Assembly: GCA_964016885.1 (NCBI GenBank)
Contig: OZ024740.1
Coordinates: 257,238,001 to 257,302,000, forward strand
DNA length: 64,000 bases
From: Eledone cirrhosa
Taxonomy: Eukaryota
Direction: 5' to 3'
Part shown: piece by piece, positions 37,801 through 51,699 of the stretch
Layout of the letters: every line of letters starts with the position of its first letter
How positions within the stretch are numbered: the first letter of the stretch is position 1
The notes under the pieces: model-generated
What the model was told of the DNA's origin: nothing
The model's database searches: none
Seen by the model: the letters and a program-made list of their open reading frames with translations, nothing else
Position numbers and translations under genes: made by a program

Positions 37801-38060
37801 GCCTAAAGGCGACACCTTCGCTATTGTTCACCAACTAACCCATCCCTGTCCCGGGAGATAGACCTTAACTCACACGACAGCAGACTTAAGGTTCCAGGGC
37901 GTGGCCAGCCATGTTTTGCTTTGTTTTGTATTTTTCAGAAAAAAAGTTCATACAAAGTTCAAAAGGCCCAAATATTATAGCGTCTCCCCTTCGCAGGGCA
38001 AAGACGAAAGTCTTACGAAACTTTTGCCAAGAATATAGCAGCTAGTACAATTTAAAAATC
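34887..38060 (-). mobile_element. Tx1-type LINE A: 5'UTR + ORF2 (APE-RT-Zn finger) + 3'UTR/(TTA)n tail, ORF1 missing
   Basis: AVYVAN, DWNCILD, WTWTN..SDH..GPGYWKLN, KSPGLDGLPYE, NFRPITLLNTELKILAK, DQSKAFDR, VRQG; AATAAA + (TTA)n at 34887-34912; 5'UTR similar to 47290-47400. Confidence 0.9.
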
Positions 38061-38083
38061 TTGAAATTCACTACCTTGTGACA

Positions 38084-38116
<33 letters not shown>

Positions 38117-38140
38117 CACGTCGTCATTGACTGACAACAA

Positions 38141-39930
38141 ATAATATTAATGGTTTCTTTATTGGCCACTAGGGTTATCATGAAGAAAAACATTACAGAC
38201 GAAACAGAACGGCACAGGACGATACAAAATGGGTTTTGGTGGTGTAAAAAGATTATAACAAAAAATATAGAAATGTGTAAAAACTAATTAAAAATTTAAA
38301 ACAACAAACTTCCTCAACAGGGGGGAAACCTCTGTTTTTATTGTTCCAGTTTGATCTCAACGATTTTTATGTCTTTCGGTAATGTTCTTGGTGTTGGTGG
38401 GGTGTAGTAATTTTGTCTGTAATGTCTGTGTGCTGCTTTATATGATCCATAAGTTCTTTATTTGCAATGTTTATGGCTGTGTAGTTTGGTTTTGCTGCTG
38501 TTTTCTTGTTGCTGCTGTTGCGTATGTGTGCCTTGTTGTGTTTGTGATGTTGGTGTTTATATGATGCTTGTGCTGGAGTGGTTGTTATTGGTGGTGCTGC
38601 TTGTGGTGGGGGTGATGATGGTGGTGGTGTTGCTGCAAGACGCCTTGCAGCCTTTACCCCTCTGTGTCAGCCCTCGCTTTTGGAGGGCGAAGCTAAGGGG
38701 GTTTTCCTTTTGTTTTTGTGGCAGACCTTTTGCCACTCCACTCCCGCCTCACATTCCATGTCAGATTGCCTGAGGTCTGTGAGGGGTATGAGCTCTATAG
38801 CTGTTGGTGGTGGTAGTGGAACCCGCTCCGGCGATTTTGTCGCCGGTTTAGCTACTGCGGCTGCTGCTGTTGCCACCACTGCTGCCGCTGTTTTAGTTGT
38901 CCGTGACCTTGGTATGGGTGCCACGGACGTTGCCCTCCTACTCACCGTGGAAGGAGCCCACACCTTTGTTACCCTGCTGCTGATAGCAGCGGACCAGGCT
39001 TCGGAAGGAGGGAGTACTTCTCCATTGCTGTTTTCTGCGGGTTACCCTTTGACCCACAGAGATAGCACTTTGGGCGCCTTCCTTCCACGTTTATTGGGAG
39101 TTGAACCCCTTCTTCAAGTCTGTGGCGTCCGGAATAGTCTCAGTACACTCCTGGAGGGTTTGGATTAACATCTGCATTCCATTACCTGATCAGTTGTCCC
39201 TCCCTATCCTCTGTACTTGCAGGCTGAACGTCCTGTCCTCGATTCCGGCAAGAACAGACGCGGCCAGCCAAGGAATGGGCACGTCGGATGGGGCCTGGGT
39301 CACGTTGACCCTCACAATCTTCTGCCAGCAATTAGAGGGCACCAACATTATCTCACCAGTCTTTAGGGTCACCAAGGAGTGAAACTTCGCCTCTTGGTGG
39401 GTGGCAAGAAGCACGTCTATGGTGGCATACCTTTTGGCTCGGATGATGTGGGTTTTGCGTGCCCACATGTACCCCAAGGCCTTTTGAATTTGACTCTCCT
39501 TGACTCTCTCAACCCAATGCGAGTTTTTGCTTATCGTGCGGTATGTCATCGTACGCAGCTGTTGATCTTTGAAAAACTCTGGTGGAGATTTCAGGGAGAT
39601 TTTATTTTCTTTCCTAATCAGCATTGCCCTTGCGACAGCCATTTCCTCCTCCGGGACTACCACTGTCTCTATATTGCGGGCCACCGCCGTAAAAGAAATC
39701 GTCCATTTTTCAGCGGCACTATTATTGCTGCTGCTACTGGTCTTGTTGTTGGTGCAGGAGTCGTTGTTAGTTATTAATGTTGTTGTTGTTATTGTTGTTG
39801 TTTTCGTTGATACTGTTGCTGTTGCTGCTGTTATTGTCTTTCTCGACCTTATCGCTGTTATTTTCGTTGTTGCTGTTGTTATTGACGGTGTTATTGTTGG
39901 AGTTGTTTGTGTCACAAACATCTGGCTGTT
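38141..39930 (-). mobile_element. Tx1-type element B: ORF1 followed directly by a 3'UTR/tail, no ORF2
   Basis: ORF 39190..39921 is homologous to 46280-46800 (PPEFFKDQQLR.MTYRT, KYATIDV, VPIPWLAASVLAGIE); 3' end tggccaataaagaaacca at 38150-38168 like 34897-34917. Confidence 0.8.
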
Positions 39931-39959
39931 TTAAATCTGAAACAATATCATTAATGATA

Positions 39960-40142
39960 GTGGATTGGCAGTATCGGTAGAGGGTCGGACGCCATGCTTT
40001 CCAACATAGTTACGTCCTTTACGATCTGAGTTCAAATCCCGCCGAGGTTGACTTTGCCTTTCATCCTTACGGGGTCGATAAAATAAAGTACCAGTAATGC
40101 ACTGGGTAATTGCTGGCCTTGTGCCTAAAGTAGAAACAATTA
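39960..40142 (+). mobile_element. SINE subfamily B
   Basis: Nearly identical to 12188-12370; TSD-like taatgata. Confidence 0.95.
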
Positions 40143-40299
40143 ATAATGATATTGTTTTTCTTTTCTTTCGAAATATTTTCTTTTGAATTTACCATCGCTA
40201 GAACGCAGTCTTGTTGAACTGTTAACGCGTCCTCCTCTCTCTATGTTGTCTTATAGCGCTCTCTCTCTTTCTAGTGGTATCCCTGTTTGAACACAATGT

Positions 40300-43200
40300 T
40301 TTCTAGTGAAATTTTACAGAATACGACATCCATAAAGGGGTGTCGTATTATTTACGAGTGTCCCCCTGTGTTATGTGGGTCACTTCCTCTAAACTCTTAT
40401 CAAGTTTAAAACTTGAATAAAAGGTTGGAAAAGGACAGACCTCGAAATGAGCCACAGGGTGACAACACCAAGGTACATGATAATAAGCCACGACAAACAT
40501 GGACAAGAAAGGAATACAAATCAGTGGTGGCTGCATACTATACTGCCATCCTGTTCCCGAGAGAGAACTCGTCAACGCAAGAAACTTATAGTATCTGGAA
40601 GAATTCCAACCCTAACGCCAGAGAATACATGGGCATGAATAAGTTAGCTAATGTAAGAAGAGACATTATGAGGAGCAACAGACTCACTGGATCAAAACTG
40701 TAAACCATCACATCAGAGGTAAGTGAGCACCATAACGCAGTCAAGAAGGAGACATTCGTACAACAGAAGCAGCAGATGGTGAGAGTATTACTGAAACTAC
40801 CACAGATGAGAAGCTCTCTGGACATGAACATTTAAGTGATAGCTCACTGGTTGATGCTGCTGTCTGCCCAATAAAGGAAGATATTCTGCATGAGTGGGAG
40901 ATTCTGAAAATGCAGCACTTGATAGATCGGACAAAACTCCAGAAATTGCCCAAAGTCATGCATCAGCTAAAGAAGAAGGTCAACCTAGCTAACAATGCAC
41001 TAGAGGTAATCAGCGACGAACACGGGAAACCACTGACACTTGATGAGATTAATCAGCTGCTACATGCCACTGTAACCGTGATTGTTGGCAAGCTTCACCC
41101 TAAAATACGAACAGGGAAAATATACACAAAAAAACACCGAAATGGCAGACACAGATGGAGAACAAAATTACTGAGTTTAGGAGAGATGTCGCTCTCGTAT
41201 CCGAAATAGAAAGGGAACTGACAACAACCCCCAAAAGCTTTCTATGCTGAAGAAGAAATACACGGCCAGCCGGACAGCAGACTGGAAAGAAATTGCTGAA
41301 TCAATCAAGCAAAAAGGACAGGAAAAGTCGCAGAGACTAAGAAGATGCAAAAAAAGAACCAACTTCTTTAAGCAAAACAAAATCTTTGCTGAATATGCCA
41401 ACAGATTTTACAGAGAGTTAGGTAAGAAAAATATTAAAATAATGCAACAACCTGAGCTTGAGGGCAAATATCTGGGAAAAATCTTAAGACCACATTTCCA
41501 ATGGCACATGCCTGGAACAATTGGAAATCCCTGCTTGAACCTAGGAATGGAATAAGATCACCTCACAAGAAATAAAAACAGCAGCCAGTAATGTTGGAAA
41601 CTGGAATTCGCCGGGCAGAGATGGCGTGCAAAATTTCTGGCTGAAACACCTGGATGTGTTCTATGAAGCCTTGGCTGCTGATTTCTCCAGGATTGTAGCA
41701 AACCCGAGAGTGGTCCCAAAGTGGCTGATAACTGGCATAACGTATTTTCTACCGACTAATGAATGCACAACAAATCCTCAAAACTACCGACCAACTACAC
41801 GCCTCCCAACGATGTACGGAGCCTACAATTACCTCGTCTGTGGAGATCTATTGCCACCTGAACAAAAAGGCTGTGAACCAGGGAGTTATGGGTGCAATGA
41901 TCAGGTACTGATAAATTGACTCATAACGGAAAACTGCAAACAGAAAAAGGAAAACACGTCAATGGCCTGGATAGACTACAAAAAGCATTTGACAGCGTAC
42001 CTTTCATGGATCATAATGACACTAGAAATGTATCACGTATCACCGGAGATAACAACTTTCTTGGATGATACCAAGCTATTTGGAAACAAGGATTGGCAGC
42101 TGGAAGGTTTACTGCACACAGTGAAATAATTTAGTGAGGACATCTATATGGAATTTGGACCGGACAATTGTGAAAATACCACATTCAAGAGAGGGTTGCT
42201 CTCTAACCGTAAAGATAATGTCATAGACCAACAAACTACCATAAAGGAACTTAAGAATGAATAGTTCTACAAATACCTTGGAATCCAGCATGCAAGTATG
42301 AAGGAAAATATATGGAAGGAGTACATAAGGAGAATGAGACTGGTAACAAAAAGTGAGCTAAACTCCTGCAATCAATTCAAAGCCATTAACAGTATAGCAG
42401 TACCAGTCGTAACATACAACTTTAACACCATAAACTGGATCCTGCAAGAACTAAAATGGTTGGACACTAAGACAAGGAAACTATTGACAACGGAAAAAAA
42501 TTGCACAACCCTAGAGCCAATGCACATAGCCTGCATATCTCGAGGAGAGGTGGAAGGGGGCTCCGATAACTGGAGGCTGCATACAAAACAGAATCCATTG
42601 GATTGGATAGCTTCCGCCACCACATCCGAGATGAACTCCTTAAACCTGTTCTCAAGCATGAACGAATTAAGTAACTACACTCAATAACAAAAGAGACAAG
42701 AAAATTTAGGCAAAAACTGAACATGAAAGAAGACATACCCATAGACAACAACAAGAGAGTGCTGCACGGCAGGCTATGCCTGTTAAAATGAAAGCAGAGA
42801 AACTCCAAACAAAGGAAATAAACCATGAATGGAAGGCAAAACCACTACATGGTAGACTCCCAGAACGACTTTCTGACAATGATATTGATCAGCATGGCTC
42901 ACTATCCTGGCTCAGAAGTGCTGGTTTGAAAGCAGAGACTGGGGGACGCTTAGTTGCTGCACAAGACCAATCTCTAAATACTCGAGCCTATAGACACAGA
43001 ATAGTGAAAGATGGGACTAGCCTTCTATGCAGAATATGCTACAAACATGAAGAAACGGTAATCATGTTACCTCCGGCTGTCCAGAGCTGGCAAAATCTGA
43101 CTATATCGAAAGACACAACAAATTACCAAATATATACATTGGATGCTCTGCCGCTGTCATGACATCCAAGCTTCTAACAAATGGTAGGAACATCAACCAA

Positions 43201-43650
43201 AAACAGTCATAGAAAAGGGCAACATCATCTTGTGGGATATGCCTGTGATAACCGACCGAGAAATCGCTGCCAACAGACCAGATATCATCATAAAAACAAA
43301 ACAGACATGTAGCCTTATAAATATTTCCGTACCAGCTAACAAGAATACATCTATAAAAATACAAAGACCTACCAATAGAGATCAACCACATGTGGAAGAT
43401 GACCACAAACATTATCCCTGTGGTAATAGGAGCATTAGGATTAATACCCACATCCTCAGACCTGCACCTTAGCGTCCTTCCCTGCAAGTTCAGCAAATAT
43501 GAGTTACAGAAGATCGGGCTACTAGGAACAGCACACATTCTCAGACGAGTTCTCTCTCTACAATAAAACATCTATTGCCTTAGGTTCAAGGCCTGAACTC
43601 GGTAATAGAGAAATAGAACTGAGCTAAACGAAATAACAACAACAACATCA
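40300..43650 (+). mobile_element. R4/Dong-clade element, family 2, near full length, decayed
   Basis: N-terminal RQTWTRKEYK..NKLANVRRDI; SPGRDGVQNFWLK, NYRPT, EQKGC, WIDYKK.FDSV, DDTKL, YKYLG, KAKPLHGR, AAQDQSL, CRIC, WDMPVITDREIAANRPDII, LQKIGLLGTA; (CAA)n tail. Confidence 0.92.
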
Positions 43651-43653
43651 ACA

Positions 43654-44502
43654 GATGATATCAAGAACAATAAAATGAAGGAATTGATGAGATCTGAATA
43701 CATAAGGAATATACTAAAATTATATCTAAATAGTAGGAATGTCATAAGTGCAGTAAATTCCCGAGCTGTGTCTATTATTAGGTACAGAGCGGGGATTTTG
43801 AAATGGAATGTTACTGAACAAAAGGAAATAGATAGAAAAACTAGAAAGCTAAAGACTACCTACAGCATGTCCAAGGAGGAAATAACAGCAAGAAGGAAGA
43901 GCAACCTTCATGAAAAATCCCTTCATAGTACGTTCTTTGAGAAAACTGAATTTAGAGATCCACAGACATAGAACTGGTTAAAAAGAGGAGACCTTAAAAA
44001 GACTACAGAAGGAATGTTAATGGCTGAGCAAGAGCAGGCCCTCAAAACGAAGTGGCTGAAACACCATATTTACAAGGAGGAGGCTAGCCCACTGTGTAGG
44101 ATCTGTGGAGAGAGAGAGAGGAGACTGTGGCTCACATTTTGTCCGAGTGTAAACACCTAGCCTCGACTCACTATAAAGGCCGGACACATTCTGTGATGGT
44201 CAGGGTGATCAAAGTAAACAATTTACCACATTCTGAGAAGTGGTATGAGCATAAGCCAGAGTCGTTGATAGAAAACGATCAGGTGAAGGTGCTGTGGGAT
44301 TTTAGGATACAGACGGACAAAAAACTGGAACACAATAGACCTGACCTGGTGGTTTTGGACAAGGAAAAAAGAACGTGCCTGATCGTAGGTGTAGCCTGCC
44401 CATTCGACACGAGAGTGCAAGAGAAGGGGAGGGAGAAAATTAACCGATACCAGGACTTAAAGTGGAAGGTAAAAATGATTTGGAACTGCCATAAAGTCAA
44501 AG
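43654..44502 (+). mobile_element. R4/Dong family 1 copy 2, 5'-truncated, inserted at the tail of the family 2 element and cut by Tx1 C
   Basis: Highly similar to 771-1807 with different internal deletions. Confidence 0.93.
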
Positions 44503-47497
44503 AGAGTGGGCCGTTCAACGGACCAGACTCGTCACTTTCACCCACCTTTCAACAAACTTACTAGAAGACAGGACTTGCCTCTCCACCCTGATTTTCCTCT
44601 TCAAGTGAAACTTGAAAAAGTTAATCACGGATTGGCCGGAGAGGAAAGTGTCCGCATTCAACCCTTTCAACCTTGTCCACCATAAAATCTCTTTCGCTAT
44701 GGCCACCAGACAGATGAAAACTGTTTGCCCTTCCTCCCCTTTAAAGGAGGATGACGGGTCTATCTGCACGATGAATTCAGTCGAAAACCGGATCTGTCCT
44801 ACACGCGACAGCAGCTGTTCGACATAGCTGCTCAAGTCAGCAATCCTCGAGCACTGAACGAGTGCCTGCAGGACGGTTTTGTTGCCCTGGGTGCATCTCG
44901 GACAGGCTCGGCTGACAGCACCTCCGTGCCTGTAGAGCCTATCCCGAACCGGCAAGGCTCCCAGGTAACACTGCCAGGCCAGGGACTTCTGGAATTTGTC
45001 CATAGGCCCCGGTCTGAAAGTTCTCTTGAAGAGAGCGAACAGCTGATCGTCTTCCACGCCCAGGGTCTCCCCGAGAACGTCGTCGCTCTTTCTCTCCACT
45101 ATCCCTCTATAGAACGCCGAGGTTGATGTTCCACCGATACTAGTGCCCAGGTGGTAGAGGCCGGTGAACGCTTGGAGACATTCCAGCTTTCAAGCGCTAT
45201 CCCTCGGTCTTTTCCCGATCCAGTACTGCAGCTCCATCAAGGAGACGAGCTGGGGAAAAGCGCGTCTGGCAAACGGCGACCACACCTGTTCACCGTCAAG
45301 GAATCACCAGAGATGTTGCAGCCTCAGCGCATGTTTGCACATCATCAGGGACGGCATGCCTAGTCCTCCACGCAACGGGTGTTGACAGCAAATGGATCGT
45401 CTGACCATGGGAGCACGCCCCTTCCACAAAAAAAGTTGAAGAGAAGGCGCTCCATTGTGGTCATAGTTGGGCGGGGCCAAGTTACGACGGACAGGCGGTA
45501 ACAGATGACGGGCGCTATGTACGCATTCGCCACCTCCGCCCGACCTTTTAGAGACAGCCTCCTCTCGGCCCATTTCTGGGTGAGAGAGGCCACCCTGCTC
45601 GTCACCTAGCTCCAGTTTTTCTCCATCTGGAGGTCCAGACCGAACCAGACCCCGAGCAATTTAACCAGTCCTTCCGCCCAGCGACCCACGACGCTATCGG
45701 ACGGCATGGACTTGCCTCTCGAGGTGCTTAGTTGAAAGCCCACCGACTTTTCCTAGTTTATCTTTGCTCCTGTCACCGCTTCGTATTCCTTGAGAGCGGT
45801 GCCGAGCATCTGGACGTGTAATGGTCCTCGACACCACCACGGTGACATCGTCGACGTAAGCTGACACGGATCTCCGGCATCCCAGTTCGCATGGGTCACC
45901 CTCATCTTCTCCAATTTGTGCAGTAACGGCTCGAGGGCCAGTACGTACAAGAGGGACGAGAGGGGCAACCCTGGCGGACCGAGCGTATGATGCTGAAAAG
46001 CTGCGACAGGTGACCAATCACTCTCACAACCGAGCAGATGTCACTGAGAATCGGAACGATCCAGACCCTAAAAACGGGCTGGAAGCTGGCTGCCTCGAGG
46101 ACCGCAGCCAGGTACCGATGGTCGACCCTATCTAATGCTTTAGATTGATCCAAGTTGATCAGGGCCCCACCCGTGCCAGGTTTCTTAAGCAACATCTCTA
46201 TGACGTATCGCATGAGATGGAGGTTGTCGTGGATGGATCTGTCCGGAATGGCGCATGTCTGCGCCTCTCCCACCAGATCAGTCTGGTCAGTCTGTATTAG
46301 CATTTGCATGCTTATTCTTGACCAGTTCTCTCTTCCCATTCTCTGTATTTCCAGTATGGTGGTCTTCTCCTCGATTCCAGCCAGTACAGACGCGGCCAGC
46401 CAAGGTATGGGCACGTCGGGCGGACCTGGGTCACTTTGACCCTCACAATTTTCTGCCCGCAGTAGGAGGGCACCAAGACTATCTCATCACTCTTTAGGGT
46501 TTCCAAAGAGTGAGACTTCGCCTCTTGAGGGTGGCGAAAAGTACGTCTACTGTGGCGTACTTTCTGCCTCGGGGGATGTTGTTTTTGCGCGCCCAGACGC
46601 ACCGCAAGGCTTTTGGGATTTGAGCCTCCGTGGCTCTCTCCACCCGATGTGACATTTTGCTTACGGTGCGGTAAGTCACCTTGCGCAGCTGCTGGTCTTT
46701 GAAGAAATCGGGTGGAGGTTTCAGGGAAACTCTATGGTCATGGTTCTTGCGACTGCACTGGTTCTTGCGACTCCCCCTCCGTGACTAGCACTGTCTCAAT
46801 ATTTTGGGCCACACCTGCGAAAGTAGTGGCCCCTTTTTCAGCGGGACCGTTATTGTTGGCGCTACTGCTGATACTGGTTGTTGGTGCTGTTGCTGTTGCT
46901 GTTGCTACTGCTACAAACGGTGTTGTTGGTGTTGTTTATGTTATCACCGTTGTAGTTGTTGTGTTTTTGGTGCCACCATTGTTGTTGTTTTCGGTGCAAT
47001 TTGTATTGTGTGCTGTTGGTGTTGTCATTGTTTATTTTCTTGTTAGTGGTGTTAATATCGTTGTTGCATTTGTTGTCATTTTTTCTGTTGTCTGTATTTT
47101 GGTTGTCACTGTTATTGTTGTAGTTGGCACGGTAATTTTTTAAAATTAGTGTTCTCAGTGTTGTTGTCTTTGTTTATGTTGTTTGTGGTGGTGTTTGTTG
47201 TATCAATTTCTGTAACCCTCCTCTCAACTTTTACGCCGTTGTCACACGACATCAGACATATTGTTGGGGGGGGGGGGGGGGCGTGGCTCTGCCATGTTTT
47301 TTGTTTTTTTTAAAAAGTAAAATGTTCAAATATTGTTCAAATATTTGAACCAAAAGGCCCAAATATACTTTTCCTTTCCCAAGGCAAAGTCTAAGGGCTT
47401 ATATCCCTTACATAACATGAAAAATTAAACAACAAATAATTATAACAGGTAAATTAAGCGACTTACTGGGAGCGAGCAAAAAGACGTCCGAACAGAC
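44503..47497 (-). mobile_element. Tx1-type LINE C: 5'UTR + ORF1 N-half fused to the RT/C-terminus of ORF2
   Basis: ORF 45902..46414 switches from ORF1 (MQMLIQTDQT) to RT (DLVGEAQTCAI..DQSKALDRVDH..VRQGCP); SAYVDDVTV, GGLGMP, ACPRC..TVLQALVQC. Confidence 0.92.
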
Positions 47498-47499
47498 CA

Positions 47500-47900
47500 A
47501 TAATAATAATAATAATAACAATAATAATAATAATTTCTTTATTGGCCACACAGAACTCACATTAAGGAGACACTGTAGACCGTACATGGCGATTAAGAAG
47601 ATAAACATTTTAGAAAACAAACATAACCAATTTCCCAAAGGTGAGGAGACTCCAAGGGTTACTCGTGGAGAGATGCTTTCTTTACTAATCACAAAGGGTT
47701 TACAAAAATTACATTAAGGACAGTGCAGGATGGTACAGGACGGTAAAAATATGGTTTACTGCCTGTACTAAAAAGGAAACAAAAATAAAAGATGTAACAA
47801 AAAAATGGAAAGAAAGTAAAATTCACCAACATGGTGAGACCGGGGGTTACTCGTGGAGAAAACCCACAAAAGCCACGGACACCCTGACCGCTAGTTCAAA
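47500..47900 (-). mobile_element. Two further Tx1-type 3'UTR/tail fragments in tandem
   Basis: (TAA)n + tttctttattggccac at 47500-47550 and a second tttctttactaatcac at 47677; both carry gggttactcgtggaga. Confidence 0.7.
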
Positions 47901-48307
47901 TAATAATGATAAAATGGTAATAATATATAAAACCGATAAAATGTTATAAATAATTTACAGAAGACATTTGCTATACTAAAAAGAGTGATTGTGTGATGAG
48001 AGCTGTTCCGTTTTTGATAATGATGTACTGGCTAGTTGAAAAGAGTGGTGAAGGGAATAATGGATAATAAACAGGTGAGGTGGTGGTGCTGGTGAGTGCC
48101 TAAGCAACAGTAGCACCGTTGTCTTGGATTCCAGGCCACGAGAAGAAAGCTTAACTTACCAAAATGCGCAAAAACGCATAAAACTGACAAAATGATATAA
48201 ATAACTAACAAAAGACTACTGTTATACTAAAGAACAGCGATTGGGAAATGAGCTCTTCTCTGGTCTTTTTATGATAATGGAAAGTAAGTGAGACAGAGAA
48301 AAAAAAA

Positions 48308-48325
48308 ATATATATATATATATAT

Positions 48326-48412
<87 letters not shown>

Positions 48413-48430
48413 GGAGATAGGGAGAGGGAA
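48308..48430. repeat. (TA)n(GA)n microsatellite
   Basis: Direct observation. Confidence 0.95.
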
Positions 48431-48854
48431 AGAGACGCTTTGAGAAATTGAAGAAGTACGAAAAATCGTATGTGTAATAAATGCTTCAGCAAGTTGGAAA
48501 TCTATTGACCATTTTGGAAGTAGGTTCTGATGGAAGAGTTAGAGGTAGATTCGAATGAAAGATTTATTTCCATCGTTCTCTCTCCGAGAGTCTGTTTTTG
48601 CCACGCCAATGTTTACTTTTCTGTAACATTTTCTATTTTAACTAATTTGTTTTAGTGCTATAAACATGTGTGTGAATCTGTGTCTGTGAATGTGTTTGTG
48701 TTTGTGTGAATGTGTTTGTGTTTGAATGTATGTCTGTAGTTGTTTTCTCTTATTTTTCATGTACATCATATATATCATAGGAAGCCTTTTTTTAAAGTTG
48801 CGGACTGTTGATACTGGAGAAATATTTACAACTGGAAAAGGATACTAATGCTCT

Positions 48855-49376
48855 TACACATATATATACATATATATATATACACACACAGACACACATA
48901 TATACATATATATATAAGATCCCTAGAGCAAATATTTATTAAAATACATATATATACATATATACATATATATACATATATACATATATACATATATATA
49001 CATATATACATATATATATACATATATACATATATATACATATATATACATATATATACATATATATACATATATATACATATATATATATATACATACA
49101 TATATATATATATACATATATATATATACATATATATATATATAAATATATATATATATAATATATACATATATATATATATGTATTCATAACTATACAG
49201 ATATAGATATATACATATATATAAACACATATATATATATTTAATTAGAAATTGAATCCAGACATATGTTATTATCGTCAGTATCCAGAAACCTTTGGTA
49301 ATGGAGTAGTTATTGTTGTTTAATTTCTATACATAGAGCACTCTTTCTTCCTTTGCTTTTCCTTCGGAATTACCTA

Positions 49377-49452
<76 letters not shown>

Positions 49453-49470
49453 ACACACACACACACACAT

Positions 49471-49567
<97 letters not shown>

Positions 49568-49625
49568 CTACCAGTTTACTACGGGGCTAAACTGGTAGTA
49601 TATATATATACATATATACATATAT
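48855..49625. repeat. (CATATATATA)n, (CA)n and (TA)n arrays
   Basis: Direct observation. Confidence 0.93.
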
Positions 49626-49626
49626 A

Positions 49627-50961
49627 CTACCAGTTTAGCGCGCCGTTGCTCGGGTTTATTCATTTGCTACATACAGGTAAACGTGGCTTGAAAGCGAATA
49701 AGCTTATCAATTAAGTGCATAAAGCAGTTGAACCGGTTATTAAAAAGTTACGAACCAATTAGCATTTTGGACAATCAATGATGGGTTAATAATCTTCCAA
49801 TAGCGAATTTAGCAGACCAAAGTTGCAAGATGGTGGCACCAACATCTATAGCACCTCTTTATAGACGATACTGCGTGTCATCTCTTGAGCAGTGGAAGCA
49901 AAAAGTCCATTCCTGCTCCCTACGCAGGAACAGGCAACATAATGTTGGCCATGGGAGAAGCATGGCTCCCCCAAATGGATCCCCGTCACCGAAAATGTTT
50001 GCTCTTGTGACTTGTTAGACATGGCAAAACATCGTCTCACCGGGAATTGGGATCGCCGGAAATCGAACGGGATATCTGACGCCGAGGGGAAAAGGTTCAT
50101 CCTTGGTTGTGTATTCGGCAGAATTGCCTACAACACTATGGGTGTTGTCATATTAATATTTAACCAACGAAAGTCGTAAAAAATAAATAATTTAAACATT
50201 CCGATTCATATGTCTATAGCATTACTCTGTTATATGAAGTGTTATTTTGCGGGTTGTTATTTGCAATAAGCCGATTTAAAATACCCCAGAAATGCCGTAT
50301 CTCAATACGGAACTCCAATGACTCCCCCAGCAGTTAAATTATAGAGAGGGGGAATAATCTATTATAGAGAGAGGGAAGAGCGATGGAGGGAGTAAAGCTA
50401 ATAAACTATAGGGAGATGTGTAAAATAGTGTTGTCATATAGAGACTGAAGAGCGACAGAGAGAGTAAAACAGTTAAATTATAGAGAGGGGGAATAATCTA
50501 TTATAGAGAGAGGGAAGAGCGACGGAGAGAGTAAAGCTAAGAAAGTATAGGGAGGTGTGTTAAACCTCAAAGCATGAAGAGAGTAAAGCAGTTAAAATTA
50601 TAGAGAAGGGGAATGATCTGTTATAGAGAGAGGGAAGAGCGACGGAGAGAGCGTTATGACTATGTGTGTTGTTGCATAAAATGATGTGTTGCTTAGTTTT
50701 CAAAGTTTATGCCGCGTTCCTGAACGAAGTTTTGTCGCTGTTGGGTAGTAGAGAGAGTGAATAAGCGTGTAAGAGAGAGAGTTACAGCATGTATTTAGTT
50801 TTATCGATTTCTTTCATAGAAGCAGGACATTTTTGGCAAAGTTTATTACGCGTTGACCATCGGTGATAAATTTGGAGCACATTGGAAAACAAATCATCAA
50901 AATCGGTAGAGAAATGTGGAAATGGATAACAATCATACACACACACAGACAGACATCTTCC

Positions 50962-50975
<14 letters not shown>
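49627..50975 (-). mobile_element. Putative non-autonomous Helitron 1
   Basis: Minus strand starts (tc)tatatataaaacggaagatgtctgtctgtgtg and ends cccgagcaacggcgcg-ctaaactggtag|t (degenerate hairpin + CTRR-like end); internal tandem repeats at 50331-50652. Confidence 0.65.
50331..50652. repeat. Purine-rich tandem repeat, 3 units of about 120-140 bp
   Basis: cagttaaattatagagagggggaataatct..gagagagggaagagcga at 50331, 50470 and 50589. Confidence 0.85.
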
Positions 50976-51395
<420 letters not shown>

Positions 51396-51426
51396 AAACG
51401 GAAGATGTCTGTCTGTGTGTGTATAT

Positions 51427-51645
51427 CCGTATGAGTTCCAAGACATCATTTTCGAAGGGCAGCAATGCTAGGTTAATCGGAGGGTTATTATAGGTTTTAA
51501 ACCCAAATTTATCCTGTTTGTTGTCAGCTTTTCCCAGATTATCGAAATAAAAGGCACGCCAACGCAACCTTTTAATGAACGCGTCTGTTTTCTGTATCAG
51601 GAGTTTTAGATATGCTTTCCTGCTTGGTACGGGTATGTTCTTAGT
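51427..51645 (-). mobile_element. Penelope-like element N-terminal fragment
   Basis: [48 protein letters not shown]. Confidence 0.8.
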
Positions 51646-51699
51646 AGAAATATTCAGATGTAGTTTCTGAATGATGAATATAAGTCAATAGAGTGCTCA

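Noticed and set aside
48160-48183. Possible 24-nt minus-strand microexon (cag..gtaagt)
   Set aside because: Such motifs arise by chance in AT-rich DNA; no other support.
50331-50652. Repeat-spacer appearance resembling a CRISPR array
   Set aside because: Eukaryotic context, long degenerate units, no cas genes; a minisatellite inside a Helitron-like element.
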